Origin: Octopus sinensis
Taxonomy: Eukaryota
Direction of reading: 5' to 3'
Length of the DNA stretch: 64,000 nt
Assembly (NCBI RefSeq): GCF_006345805.1
Contig: NC_042998.1
Coordinates: forward strand, 193,316,001 to 193,380,000
Shown here piece by piece: positions 40,026 through 51,660 of this stretch. The notes beneath the pieces were generated by a model. The model did no database searches, was not told where the DNA came from, and saw only the letters and a list, made by a program, of their open reading frames with translations. The position numbers and the translations under genes were made by a program. Within the stretch, counting starts at the first letter, position 1. Each line of letters opens with the position of its first letter.

Positions 40026-41419
40026 ATGGACTATGAGTCTCTAACAGACTGTCCACGACAGATGAGGAACTGGAACAGGCAATTGCAGTGAAGCTGATGG
40101 AGGAAAAGGCTGGAGTTTTCGAGTCTTTATCAGACTTGTCTGAGAAGGAGCTAGAAATGGCAGCAAGGAAATTGGAAAAGAAGCTGAGTTATACTTATGC
40201 CGGTGTAACCAAGAAGGCGGAAGAGAAAGGGGTCGACTTGGCCAAGCTACCAAGTTACCAGAAACACATGAAAAAGGAAAGCGGTGAGGTGGAACTATCA
40301 CCGACACCCAGGAGAAAAGAATGGTATGATAAGAGGACCATTGTTTACAGGGTGTGCGCAAACGAAAGGAAGAAGAGGGTAGAAGTTGTAACCATGGAAT
40401 GGATAGAGGAAGCCCTGCGAAGAACTGAGGAGGAAATAAATTTTCTGACTCGAGGATCCAAGTATGGGACCGTAGTTGTGCATTTTAAAAGTGAATCTGC
40501 AGCGAGGAAGATGGCGGCGAAGGCGGTGAAGTCGGAAAAGGTAACACTGTTACCTACGTATTTAAACAGGAGGATTACACGAATAAGGGTGGAGGGAGTG
40601 CCACCAAACGTGGAGCAGATGGATTGTGGCGGCTGTGATCAGCGGCCACGAGGACGAAGTAGATATTCTCCATGCCTCGGTTAAGTCCGAGGGCTGGAGA
40701 GGCGTAACAGTGGAGCTGAACGTACAGGCAGAGACCGAGGTACTGGTGGACCTGACGGAAAGCATCAGACTGGGAGAAGTGATCATGAGAGTGTGGGTGG
40801 AGGGCAGGGCTCCACGTTGTTACAAGTGTGGCCTGAGGGGTCACATAAGAGCCTTCTGCCCTCCCCCAGGGAAAGAAATGGATCCCGAACCAGAGAGAGA
40901 GGAGAAGGAAACAGAGGAAGAGAATACACAGAAATGGAAGGAAGCTGGAAGTAAGAGGAAGAGAAGAATACGTGGAAAAGAAAATAATATGGAACTCCAA
41001 TCCACCCCAAAACCACCCACGCCCTCTGAGTCCCACCCTATCCATGCAGACATTGAACCCACCCGCTCCCCCCAACAAGAAAACAAAAGAAAAAAAAGAA
41101 TACACACACACAAGAGATTGAAATCGATATCAGGCCGTACATTTGTACTATGACTGAACAGAAAGAAGTTAAAAGTCTAATGGAAGAGTATAAATGGTAT
41201 GATGTTGGTGAGACTAGGTATGCTGTGATTGAAAAGAAGAACATAGGTGACTTTATGGTGATGTGTGAATGCGAGAATTGGGAGGTGAAAGATATAAGAA
41301 TGAGCGATGAATTCGTGGAAAATATGGATGAGTATTTCGGAGTAAGAATGGATATGGAATTTGTTCGTATTGGCAAGGAACATTCAAGTGACTATGAAAA
41401 ACAAAGGACAGGTAAGTGA
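40026..41419 (+). CDS. ORF1/Gag-like protein, type A unit 5 (frameshifted)
   Basis: Pieces 40088-40684, 40626-41153, 41150-41419. Confidence 0.75.
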
Positions 41420-41758
41420 TGCTGACGGACGGGGCCGTTGGTATCGCTTTCATTTAATCATTTTTTCGTTTAACAATTCATGTTCATAAAGTTTAATTAT
41501 AATGTTATATGTCCCCATGTTTCTTAGTGTCCCTTTCTGTGTCGCCCCTAGTGGGTAATAAAGAAATAGAAACGTCACCACTCGTTTGACGTCGGTTGTG
41601 TTTTTTTCGGCTCTGAAAATTCGGTAAAAAAGAACAAAAAGCGTGTTTGTTGTTGTGGAAATTCTGAACGGCGTTGACGCGGTTTCGCGTTCGCTCGTTC
41701 AGCGCGTTAAACTTTTTTCTGTTTTGGCGGCCGTTTTCGGTCTGTCAGACAGAAGGAA

Positions 41759-43160
41759 ATGGACTATGAGTCTCTAACAGACTTGTCCACGACAGATGAG
41801 GAACTGGAACAGGCAATTGCAGTGAAGCTGATGGAGGAAAAGGCTGGAGTTTTCGAGTCTTTATCAGACTTGTCTGCGTCTGAGAAGGAATAGAAATGGC
41901 AGCAAGGAATGGAAAAGAAGCTGAGTTATACTTATGCCGGTGTAACCAAGAAGGCGGAAGAGAAAGGGGTCGACTTGGCCAAGCTACCAAGTTACCAAAA
42001 CACATGAAAAAGAAAGCGGTGAGGTGGAACTATCACCGACACCCAGGAGAAAAATGGTATGATAAGAGGACCATTGTTTACAGGGTGTTCGCAAACGAAA
42101 GGAAGAGGGTAGAAGTTGTAACCATGGAATGGATAGAGGAAGCCCTGCGAAGAACTGAGGAGGAAATAAATTTTCTGACTCGAGGATCCAAGTATGGGAC
42201 CGTAGTTGTGCATTTTAAAAGTGAATCTGCAGCGAGGAAGATGGCGGCGAAGGCGGTGAAGTCGGAAAAGGTAACACTGTTACCTACGTATTTAAACAGG
42301 AGGATTACACGAATAAGGGTGGAGGGAGTGCCACCAATGTGGAGGCAGAATGGATTGTGGCGGCTGTGATCAGCGGCCACGAGGACGAAGTAGATATTCT
42401 CCATGCCTCGGTTAAGTCCGAGGGCTGGAGAGGCGTAACAGTGGAGCTGAACGTACAGGCAGAGACCGAGGTACTGGTGGACCTGACGGAAAGCATCAGA
42501 CTGGGAGAAGTGATCATGAGAGTGTGGGTGGAGGGCAGGGCTCCACGTTGTTACAAGTGTGGCCTGAGGGGTCACATAAGAGCCTTCTGCCCTCCCCCAG
42601 GGAAAGAAATGGATCCCGAACCAGAGAGAGAGAAGCAGAACCAGAGGAGAAGGAACAGAGGAAGAGAATACACAGAAATGGAAGGAAGCTGGAAGTAAGA
42701 GGAAGAGAAGAATACGTGGAAAAGAAAATAAATGGAAACTCCAATCCACCCCAAAACCACCCACGCCCTCTGAGTCCCACCCTATCCATGCAGACATTGA
42801 ACCCACCCGCTCCCCCCCAACAAGAAAACAAAAAGAAAAAAAGAATACACACACACAAGAGATTGAAATCGATATCAGGCCGTACATTTGTACTATGACT
42901 GAACAGAAAGAAGTTAAAAGTCTAATGAAGAGTATAAATGGTATGATGTTGGTGAGACTAGGTATGCTGTGATTGAAAAGAAGAACATAGGTGACTTTAT
43001 GGTGATGTGTGAATGCGAGAATTGGGAGGTGAAGATATAAGAATGAGCGATGAATTCGTGGAAAATATGGATGAGTATTTCGGAGTAAGAATGGATATGG
43101 AATTTGTTCGTATTGGCAAGGAACATTCAAGTGACTATGAAAACAAGGACAGGTAAGTGA
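41759..43160 (+). CDS. ORF1/Gag-like protein, type A unit 6 (frameshifted)
   Basis: Pieces 41896-42369 and 42339-42698 plus homologous flanks; carries many indels. Confidence 0.7.
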
Positions 43161-43500
43161 TGCTGACGGACGGGGCCGTTGGTATCGCTTTCATTTAATC
43201 ATTTTTTCGTTTAACAATTCATGTTCATAAAGTTTAATTATAATGTTATATGTCCCCATGTTTCTTAGTGTCCTTTCTGTGTCGCCCCTAGTGGGTAATA
43301 AAGAAATAAGAAACGTCAGCACGTCGTTTGACGTCGGTTGTGTTTTTTTCGGCTCCTGAAAATTCGGTAAAAAAGAACAAAAAGCGTTTGTTGTTGTGGA
43401 AATTCTGAACGGCGTTGACGCGGTTTCGCGTTTCGCTCGTTCAGCGCGTTAAACTTTTTTCTGTTTTGGCGGCCGTTTTCGGTCTGTCAGACAGAAGGAA

Positions 43501-44903
43501 ATGGACTATGAGTCTCTAACAGACTTGTCCACGACAGATGAGGAACTGGAACAGGCAATTGCAGTGAAGCTGATGGAGGAAAAGGCTGGAGTTTTCGAGT
43601 CTTTATCAGACTTGTCTGAGAAGGAGCTAGAAATGGCGCGAGGAATTGGAAAAGAAGCTGAGTTATACTTGCCGGTGTAACCAAGAAGGCGGAAGAGAAA
43701 GGGGTCGACTTGGCCAAGCTACCAAGTTACCAGAAACACATGAAAAAGGAAAGCGGTGAGGTGGAACTATCACCGACACCCAGGAGAAAAGAATGGTATG
43801 ATAAGAGGACCATTGTTTACAGGGTGTTCGCAAACGAAAGGAAGAGGGTAGAAGTTGTAACCATGGAATGGATAGAGGAAGCCCTGCGAAGAACTGAGGA
43901 GGAAATAAATTTTCTGACTCGAGGATCCAAGTATGGGACCGTAGTTGTGCATTTTAAAAGTGAATCTGCAGCGAGGAAGATGGCGGCGAAGGCGGTGAAG
44001 TCGGAAAAGGTAACACTGTTACCTACGTATTTAAACAGGAGGATTACACGAATAAGGGTGAGGGGAGTGCCACCAAACGTGGAGGCAGAATGGATTGTGG
44101 CGGCTGTGATCAGCGGCCACGAGGACGAAGTAGATATTCTCCATGCCTCGGTTAAGTCCGAGGGCTGGAGAGGCGTAACAGTGGAGCTGAACGTACAGGC
44201 AGAGACCGAGGTACTGGTGGACCTGACGGAAAGCATCAGACTGGGAGAAGTGATCATGAGAGTGTGGGTGGAGGGCAGGGCTCCACGTTGTTACAAGTGT
44301 GGCCTGAGGGGTCACATAAGAGCTTCTGCCCTCCCCCAGGGAAGAAATGGATCCCGAACCAGAGAGAGAGAAGCAGAAACCAGAGGAGAAGGAAACAGAG
44401 GAAGAGAATACACAGAAATGGAAGGAAGCTGGAAGTAAGAGGAAGAGAAGAATACGTGGAAAAGAAAATAATGGAACTCAATCCACCCCAAAACCACCCA
44501 CGCCCTCTGAGTCCCACCCTATCCATGCAGACATTGAACCCACCCGCTCCCCCCCAACAAGAAAACAAAAGAAAAAAAAGAATACACACACACAAGAGAT
44601 TGAAATCGATAGGTCAGGCCGTACATTTGTACTATGACTGAACAGAAAGAAGTTAAAAGTCTAATGGAAGAGTATAAATGGTATGATGTTGGTGAGACTA
44701 GGTATGCTGTGATTGAAAAGAAGAACATAGGTGACTTTATGGTGATGTGTGAATGCGAGAATTGGGAGGTGAAAGATATAAGAATGAGCGATGAATTCGT
44801 GGAAAATATGGATGAGTATTTCGGAGTAAGAATGGATATGGAATTTGTTCGTATTGGCAAGGAACATTCAAGTGACTATGAAAAACAAAGGACAGGTAAG
44901 TGA
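43501..44903 (+). CDS. ORF1/Gag-like protein, type A unit 7 (frameshifted)
   Basis: Pieces 43710-44438, 44347-44637, 44634-44903. Confidence 0.75.
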
Positions 44904-45246
44904 TGCTGACGGACGGGGCCGTTGGTATCGCTTTCATTTAATCATTTTTTCGTTTAACAATTCATGTTCATAAAGTTTAATTATAATGTTATATGTCCCC
45001 ATGTTTCTTAGTGTCCCTTTCTGTGTCGCCCCTAGTGGGTAATAAAGAAATAAGAAACGTCACCACTTCGTTTGACGTCGGTTGTGTTTTTTTCGGCTCC
45101 TGAGGGTTCGGTGAAAAAGAACAAAGAGCGGTGTTGTTGTTGTGGAAGTTCTGAACGGCGTTGACGCGGTTTCGCGTTTCGCTCGTTCAGCGCGTTAAAC
45201 TTTTTTCTGTTTTGGCGGCCGTTTTCGGTCTGTCAGACAGAAGGAA

Positions 45247-46651
45247 ATGGACTATGAGTCTCTAACAGACTTCCACGACAGATGAGGAACTGGAACAGGC
45301 AATTGCAGTGAAGCTGATGGAGGAAAAGGCTGGAGTTTTCGAGTCTTTATCAGACTTGTCTGAGAAGGAGCTAGAAATGGCAGCAAGGAATTCGGAAAAG
45401 AAGCTGAGTTATACTTATGCCGGTGTAACCAAGAAGGCGGAAGAGAAAGGGGTCGACTTGGCCAAGCTACCAAGTTACCAGAAACACATGAAAAAGGAAA
45501 GCGGTGAGGTGGAACTATCACCGACACCCAGGAGAAAAGAATGGTATGATAAGAGGACCATTGTTTACAGGGTGTGCGCAAACGAAAGGAAGAGGGTAGA
45601 AGTTGTATCCATGGAATGGATAGAGGAAGCCCTGCGAAGAACTGAGGAGGAAATAAATTTTCTGACTCGAGGATCCAAGTACGGGACCGTAGTTGTGCAC
45701 TTAAAAGTGAATCTGCAGCGAGGAAGATGGCAGCGAAGGCGGTGAAGTCGGAAAAGGTAACACTGTTACCTACGTATTTAAACAGGAGGATTACACGAAT
45801 AAGGGTGGAGGGAGTGCCACCAAACGTGGAGGCAGAATGGATTGTGGCGGCTGTGATCAGCGGCCATGAGGACGAAGTGGATATTCTCCATGCCTCGGTT
45901 AAGTCCGAGGGCTGGAGAGGCGTAACAGTGGAGCTGAACGTACAGGCAGAGACCGAGGTACTGGTGGACCTGACGGAAAGCATCAGACTGGGAGAAGTGA
46001 TCATGAGAGTGTGGGTGGAGGGCAGGGCTCCACGTTGTTACAAGTGTGGCCTGAGGGGTCACATAAGAGCCTTCTGCCCTCCCCCAGGGAAAGAAATGGA
46101 TCCCGAACCAGAGAGAGAGAAGCAGAAACCAGAGGAGAAGGAAACAGAGGAAGAGAATACACAGAAATGGAAGGAAGCTGGAAGTAAGAGGAAGAGAAGA
46201 ATACGTGGAAAGAAAATAATATGGAACTCCAATCCACCCCAAAACCACCCACGCCCCTGAGTCCCACCCTATCCATGCAGACATTGAACCCACCCGCTCC
46301 CCCCCAACAAGAAAACAAAAGAAAAAAAAGAATACACACACACAAGAGATTGAAATCGATATCAGGCCGTACATTTGTACTATGACTGAACAGAAAGAAG
46401 TTAAAAGTCTAATGGAAGAGTATAAATGGTATGATGTTGGTGAGACTAGGTATGCTGTGATTGAAAAGAAGAACATAGGTGACTTTATGGTGATGTGTGA
46501 ATGCGAGAATTGGGAGGTGAAAGATATAAGAATGAGCGATGAATTCGTGGAAAATATGGATGAGTATTTCGGAGTAAGAATGGATATGGAATTTGTTCGT
46601 ATTGGCAAGGAACATTCAAGTGACTATGAAAAACAAAGGACAGGTAAGTGA
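45247..46651 (+). CDS. ORF1/Gag-like protein, type A unit 8 (frameshifted)
   Basis: Pieces 45308-45745, 45727-46260, 46382-46651. Confidence 0.75.
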
Positions 46652-46800
46652 TGCTGACGGACGGGGCCGTTGGTATCGCTTTCATTTAATCATTTTTTCG
46701 TTTAACAATTCATGTTCATAAAGATTAATTATAATGTTATATGTCCCCATGTTTCTTAGTGTCCCTTTCTGTGTCGCCCCTAGTGGGTAATAAAGAAATA

Positions 46801-47173
46801 AGAAACGTTGGCACGCCGGGCGAAGTGCGTAGCCGTATTTTATCTGCTGTTACGTTCTGAGTTCAAATTCCACCGAGATCGACTTTACCTTTCATCGTTC
46901 CGGGGTCGATAAATTAAGTACCAGTTACGCACTGGGGTCGATGTAATCGACTTAATCCGTTTGTCTGTCCTTGTTCATCCCCTCTGTGTTTAGCTCCTTG
47001 TGGGTAGTAAAGAAATAGGTATTTTGCCTGCTGCTACGTTCTGAGTTCAAAAATTCCGCCGAGGTCGACTTTGCCTTTCATCCTTTCGGGGTCGATTAAA
47101 TAAGTACCAGTTACGCACTGGAGTCGATATAATCGACTTAATCCGTTTGTCTGTCCTTGTTTGTCCTCTCTGT
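46801..47173 (+). mobile_element. Remainder of the split family-S SINE (46801-47017) plus a second core+tail copy (47018-47173)
   Basis: AGAAACGTTGGCACGCCGGGCGAAG continues the SINE from the AGAAACG site; tail type 1, then GGTATTTTGCC restarts the core. Confidence 0.88.
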
Positions 47174-47640
47174 GAAGCCTTATACGAACTTCTGAGGATA
47201 CCATTTTTAAATGCAAAATTCGACATCGTTACAAATGTATATTGTGTGTGTGAATGTGTGTGTATTTACCTGTTTAGTTTTTATTTGCTGTGAATATAAT
47301 GCTAGATAAAACTGTTCTTGTTTTCTTTAAATACATCGGAAGCTGCTTATCGTGATCACTTTCATTTGTAATAAGACTGCTAATAATATCCATGGTTTTA
47401 ATATGCGTCTTTCACTTTGTCAAGGTATCTGAAATATTCAGCTTCTAGTTGTTTCTAAAGCTGCTTTGTGTGGGATTTCGCCAGATAGAAAAAAATGCAC
47501 TCTTCTTTTAATCTCTTTCTACTGTCTCGAGAAAGGAGAGAGCACATTAGTTAATGTAGTCCTAGATAGCCATTTAAAAGGCAACAGCTTTGAGCATAGT
47601 TTTATCTATCATGGCTAACATTATTTATTTATTTATTTAT

Positions 47641-47927
47641 GTGCCCTTTTCAAGCCCAGCCAGGCTCATGGGCCCGGTTTCACCTGTTGCTGCGTCGTAT
47701 GTGGACGCCAGTCCATTGCAGCGTTACCCAAGAAACAAGAGTGACAAGAGTGACAAGAAAGTTGAGGCGAAAGAGTACAACAGAGATCGCCCACCCCCTG
47801 CCGGAGCATCGTGGAGCTTTAGGTGTTTTCGCTCAATAAACACACGCAACGCCCGGTCTGGGAATCGAAACCGCGATCCTATGACCGCGAGTCCGCTGCC
47901 CTAACCACTGGGCCATTGCGCCTCCAC
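47641..47927 (-). mobile_element. tRNA-derived SINE (same head as 1324-1713), short tail variant
   Basis: Head nearly identical to the 1324-1713 and 59644 copies; tail GGGCCCATGAGCCTGGCTGGGCTTGAAAAGGGCAC. Confidence 0.8.
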
Positions 47928-48617
47928 CATGGCTAACGTAGGATTAAACAAATACAATAACAATACGAATGAAAACAAAATAATACCAGCACCAGCAGCA
48001 GCATCAAAGAAAGCAACAACCACAGCCACAATAACATATGTTACTGTTGTCGATAAGTCTCGTGTAGCTAACGAATTAGTTATACGCTTTACACCTGCTA
48101 ATATCTCTTCTCACTATACTAAATATCTTACATGTAAGAATTAATGACGCATCTGCTTAACAATTTAGTATGGCAAATACTCAGACATGTGCTAGAATTT
48201 GTACTTCTGAAGCAGACATCTCAGTCATTACTACTACTACTACTGCCACGGCTGCTACTACCGATGATGATGTTGGTTTTGTTGCTACATATTTTTCTTA
48301 CCTTTAATTAATTCTAGTATATAAAAACAACTTGTCTCTGAGTTTCCGAAAAGAACTTTCTCCAGGAATTCCGTCGTACTTTGTTGAAAGCGCATATTTC
48401 TAAAATGTTATTCTTATTGCTTAGAATCTTGTCAGCTCTAAGTAGTTCTATGACCAAATACAATTTCGCTGTGACCATGAAATCTCTGTCTTTTTAATTT
48501 CCATTCTTAAACTTTGTTTTCTAGGGGATAGGATTTGATTTCTGGCTAATTTGGCTCCGATGTCTAAAGAAAGTTTATCAAGGTCAAATTATATGAAAGA
48601 CAAATTCACCCTAATCT

Positions 48618-48653
<36 letters not shown>

Positions 48654-48659
48654 GTCTTG

Positions 48660-49059
48660 TAATATTGCTTTCAAATTTTAGCACAAGGCTTGCAACTTGG
48701 GGAAGATGGTAAGTCTATTACATCAACCTCGGTGCTCAGCTCCTGTTTATTTTATCGACCCCGAAAGGATAAAAGGTAAAGTCGACATCAACGAAATTTG
48801 AAATCCGAACGTAAAGACAGACGAAATACCTATTTCTTTACTACCCACAAGGGGATAAACACAGCGGGGACAAAGAAGGACAGACAAACGAATTAAGTCG
48901 ATTATATCGACCCCAGTGCGTAGCTGGTACTTATTTAATCGACCCCGAAAGGATGAAATGCAAAGTCGATCTCGGCGGAATTTGAACTCAGAACGTAACG
49001 GCAAACGAAATACGGCTACGCATTTCGCCCAGCGTGCTAACGATTCTGCCAGCTCGCCA
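48660..49059 (-). mobile_element. Tail-1 family-S SINE (48831-49059) nested in an older tail-2 copy (48660-48830)
   Basis: Junction GACGAAATACC/TATTTCTTT at 48830/48831; the outer copy ends in the alternative CCCCAAGTTGCAAGCCTTGTGC tail. Confidence 0.8.
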
Positions 49060-49060
49060 C

Positions 49061-49247
<187 letters not shown>

Positions 49248-49829
49248 TGACGATAGTGATGATGACCTTTTTTATCATTCATACAAATGCAGATATTTTA
49301 GGTCTTCATCTAGACGAGTAAATCGAACACAGTATTTGATTGGTTCTTTATTTTATCGACCTACAGTTATGAACAGTAAAAAAAAGACCTCAGTGGAATT
49401 GAACTTACGCAAGACATTTAAACCAGTACTTACCAAATCCGTCAAAGAATAACATTCCAACATTTAAATATACTTCAAGCGTGAGAGAAATATTTTTATG
49501 TTTTAGAGAATACAATCAGAAGCCACCCACCCCTAGATTTTCAGTCTCCTTCCTTGCATATACTGCAACATCATGTGACTGTATCCTTGGCTACCAATAT
49601 CTGTCTAATATATTTTTATGTTACTGAACATTTGTCAAAGCAAATAAAAGCAATTTTCCATATTCGTATTCCTGAAATAACAGATTTATTAAACACGACG
49701 CACACAGAATACTCGGGAAATAAAATTTCTTCTAAGCTACAAACTGAAACTAGTGAATATTTTAAAGTTTAAAACAATGAAAGCTAGATTGTGAAAGTAA
49801 CATTTTTTCTACTATACCAAGATTATATA

Positions 49830-49866
<37 letters not shown>

Positions 49867-49869
49867 GCA

Positions 49870-50120
49870 TGTATAGGGGGAGAATTCACAAAAAAAAACA
49901 AAAGACAAAAAGACGAAAGCCGGTGCTCTAGTCAACAAACAGGTGTATTAGTTTAAGGCTCGGGAGGCGAAAAAGTCTTTAAAGTTTCGAGTCTGCGCTC
50001 TTCCACAGAAAGAAACACAGAAAGAAACAAGGTGAGAAAATAAAGAATGTATAGTGGCTAGCGATCTATCATGGTGAATGCCGGACAGAGGGATCACACA
50101 AGAGAGCTAGGAATAAAGGG
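49870..50120 (-). mobile_element. Penelope-like terminal-repeat remnant
   Basis: Degenerate hammerhead-like CTGTGGAAGAGCGCAGACTCGAAAC on the minus strand; related fragment at ~51930-52015 (CTCGGGA..GAAA(A)GTCTTT..GTTTCGAG). Confidence 0.45.
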
Positions 50121-50609
50121 AGATAATAAAGTAGTGGTGATCCCAAAACGAAGTTGCGCGTGCGTGTGTATAAGAGAGCATGTACGTGCGTGTGAAAGAG
50201 GGCTTGTGACCTTGACGTGTGCGCATGTGTATGTGTAGGTGTGTGGATGATAGTGTAGGTACTGGGAAGGGGTCAGTGCTAGTGTGTGCGTGGTGGCGTG
50301 ATGTGATGTAGTGTTGTGTGGTTTGATGGCGTATGCTGTGGCGGTGTATGGTGTGGTGGTGTTGGGATGTGGGGGAGGCGAGACTGGGAAAGCAAGGGTG
50401 GGGTATGGGTTAGGCTGAGGGTGGGGATAGAGGTGGGTTATGTGGTAGTGGGTCTAAGGGATGGAGTGGATAGGGAAGATGGGGTTGGATTGTGTAGGGG
50501 TGGAGTTACGAGGGAGGGGTGAAGAGAAGAAAGAAGGAGAGTAGGAGTGAGAGGAGAGAGAAGGAGGGTTAGATGAAGAGGGGAGAAGAGTTGAACCCAT
50601 ATGGAGCAA

Positions 50610-50684
50610 AAGAACGTAACGGCAGACGAAATACGGCTACGCATTTCGCCCGGCGTGCTAACGTTTCTACCAGCTCGCCGCCTT
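50610..50684 (-). mobile_element. Family-S SINE 5' fragment
   Basis: Head sequence only, ending before the B box. Confidence 0.75.
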
Positions 50685-50935
50685 ATGTCTTTTCATACCA
50701 CCATTAGAAAGACAATATTTACTACATGATCGACAGGTGAGTCTTCATTCAATAGACCAAAGCATTTTATTAACTTGCTGTGATTCGCCTACTTTTGGGT
50801 GGCTACGTAAACCAATCTTAGAAGAAAAACTCGTTTACAAGCTGAATATTTGCAAGGATTAATAATCATAGGATTTCAATAATAATTTTGCATCAAATTT
50901 TCGTGCTTTATTCGATTGTTTTCAACACGTGTGTA

Positions 50936-50981
<46 letters not shown>

Positions 50982-51660
50982 TTTGTGTGCTCAAACACTG
51001 AAAGTTATAATATATATGAATACACAAATGATAAGCCATTTGATTAATTTGCAATTAAAGTTCATAGTTTATAACATCTCACCCTTTATGAGTTAAATTA
51101 CTTCACATTTAACAAATGAACGGAGATAATCAACGAGGCTTTTGGCAATATGTCTAATTCAGTGAAGAGTTAATTAGAATGGTATCATTGAAACAATTTC
51201 AAGACGGAACATCCACTCAAGAGATTTAGATTAGATTTAGCTTTAGGGGATCTTCCACTTTCTTTTCCTATTTCGTATGTTTAAACTTTTACACCATATG
51301 CAAGAAATGCTTTCGTATAGTTATCCAGTCAGCAGATTATTATTTCAATAAATTTATGCTATTCTTTTCAACTTACTGAAGAAACCTGTAAAAGTTCTCA
51401 AAAAACCAATTCACTGGATATTCATTTCTTAACGTTCTAGTTTTCCAGTCCAGAAGCTGATATAGCTTTAAAATCTAGCTTAAATAAAAAGTTTAAATTC
51501 TTATATTGCTCAAATTTAATTTATCTCCAAGCAGAGTCAGTATATTTATGTGAGCAATAAGCCAAACTGAAACTCCGGCTGATATATGTTTAGCATTTGG
51601 CTAACAAAAGTTTAGAAGAAACTTATATGTTTAAATAAGCGCAAAATTCCTTTATATATA

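Larger units (their letters stand above)
32918..46800 (+). mobile_element. Head-to-tail array of eight ORF1/Gag-only non-LTR retroelement units
   Basis: Units: 32918-34665 (A), 34674-36344 (B, divergent), 36345-38089, 38098-39832, 39841-41568, 41576-43308, 43317-45052, 45061-46800 (all A). Each begins CACCACTTCGTTTGACG-like and ends GCCCCTAGTGGGTAATAAAGAAAT(A). Spacer (A)GAAACGT at six of seven junctions. No RT or endonuclease motifs. Confidence 0.9.

Noticed and set aside
46382-46651. Separate 89-aa ORF2 coupled by an ATGA stop-start overlap (..GRTFVL* / MTEQ..)
   Set aside because: A-versus-B differences upstream are synonymous in the PSESHP..RPYICT frame that runs into MTEQ, and the majority A sequence is continuous in that frame. 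The GRTFVL frame is reached only through private indels.
33219-46685. Long antisense ORFs across the array (up to 369 aa)
   Set aside because: Shadow frames of a purine-rich sense ORF (Phe/Leu/Ser-rich), with inconsistent ends between copies and no motifs.
32918-46800. LTR-retrotransposon gag, or a domesticated host zinc-knuckle gene cluster
   Set aside because: No LTRs, PBS, PPT or protease. The SINE-like 3' tail, lack of introns and TSD within a SINE favour a non-LTR element, although domestication cannot be excluded without expression data.
32918-46800. CRISPR-like or anti-phage repeat array
   Set aside because: Eukaryotic context; units are 1.7-kb coding repeats without unique spacers.
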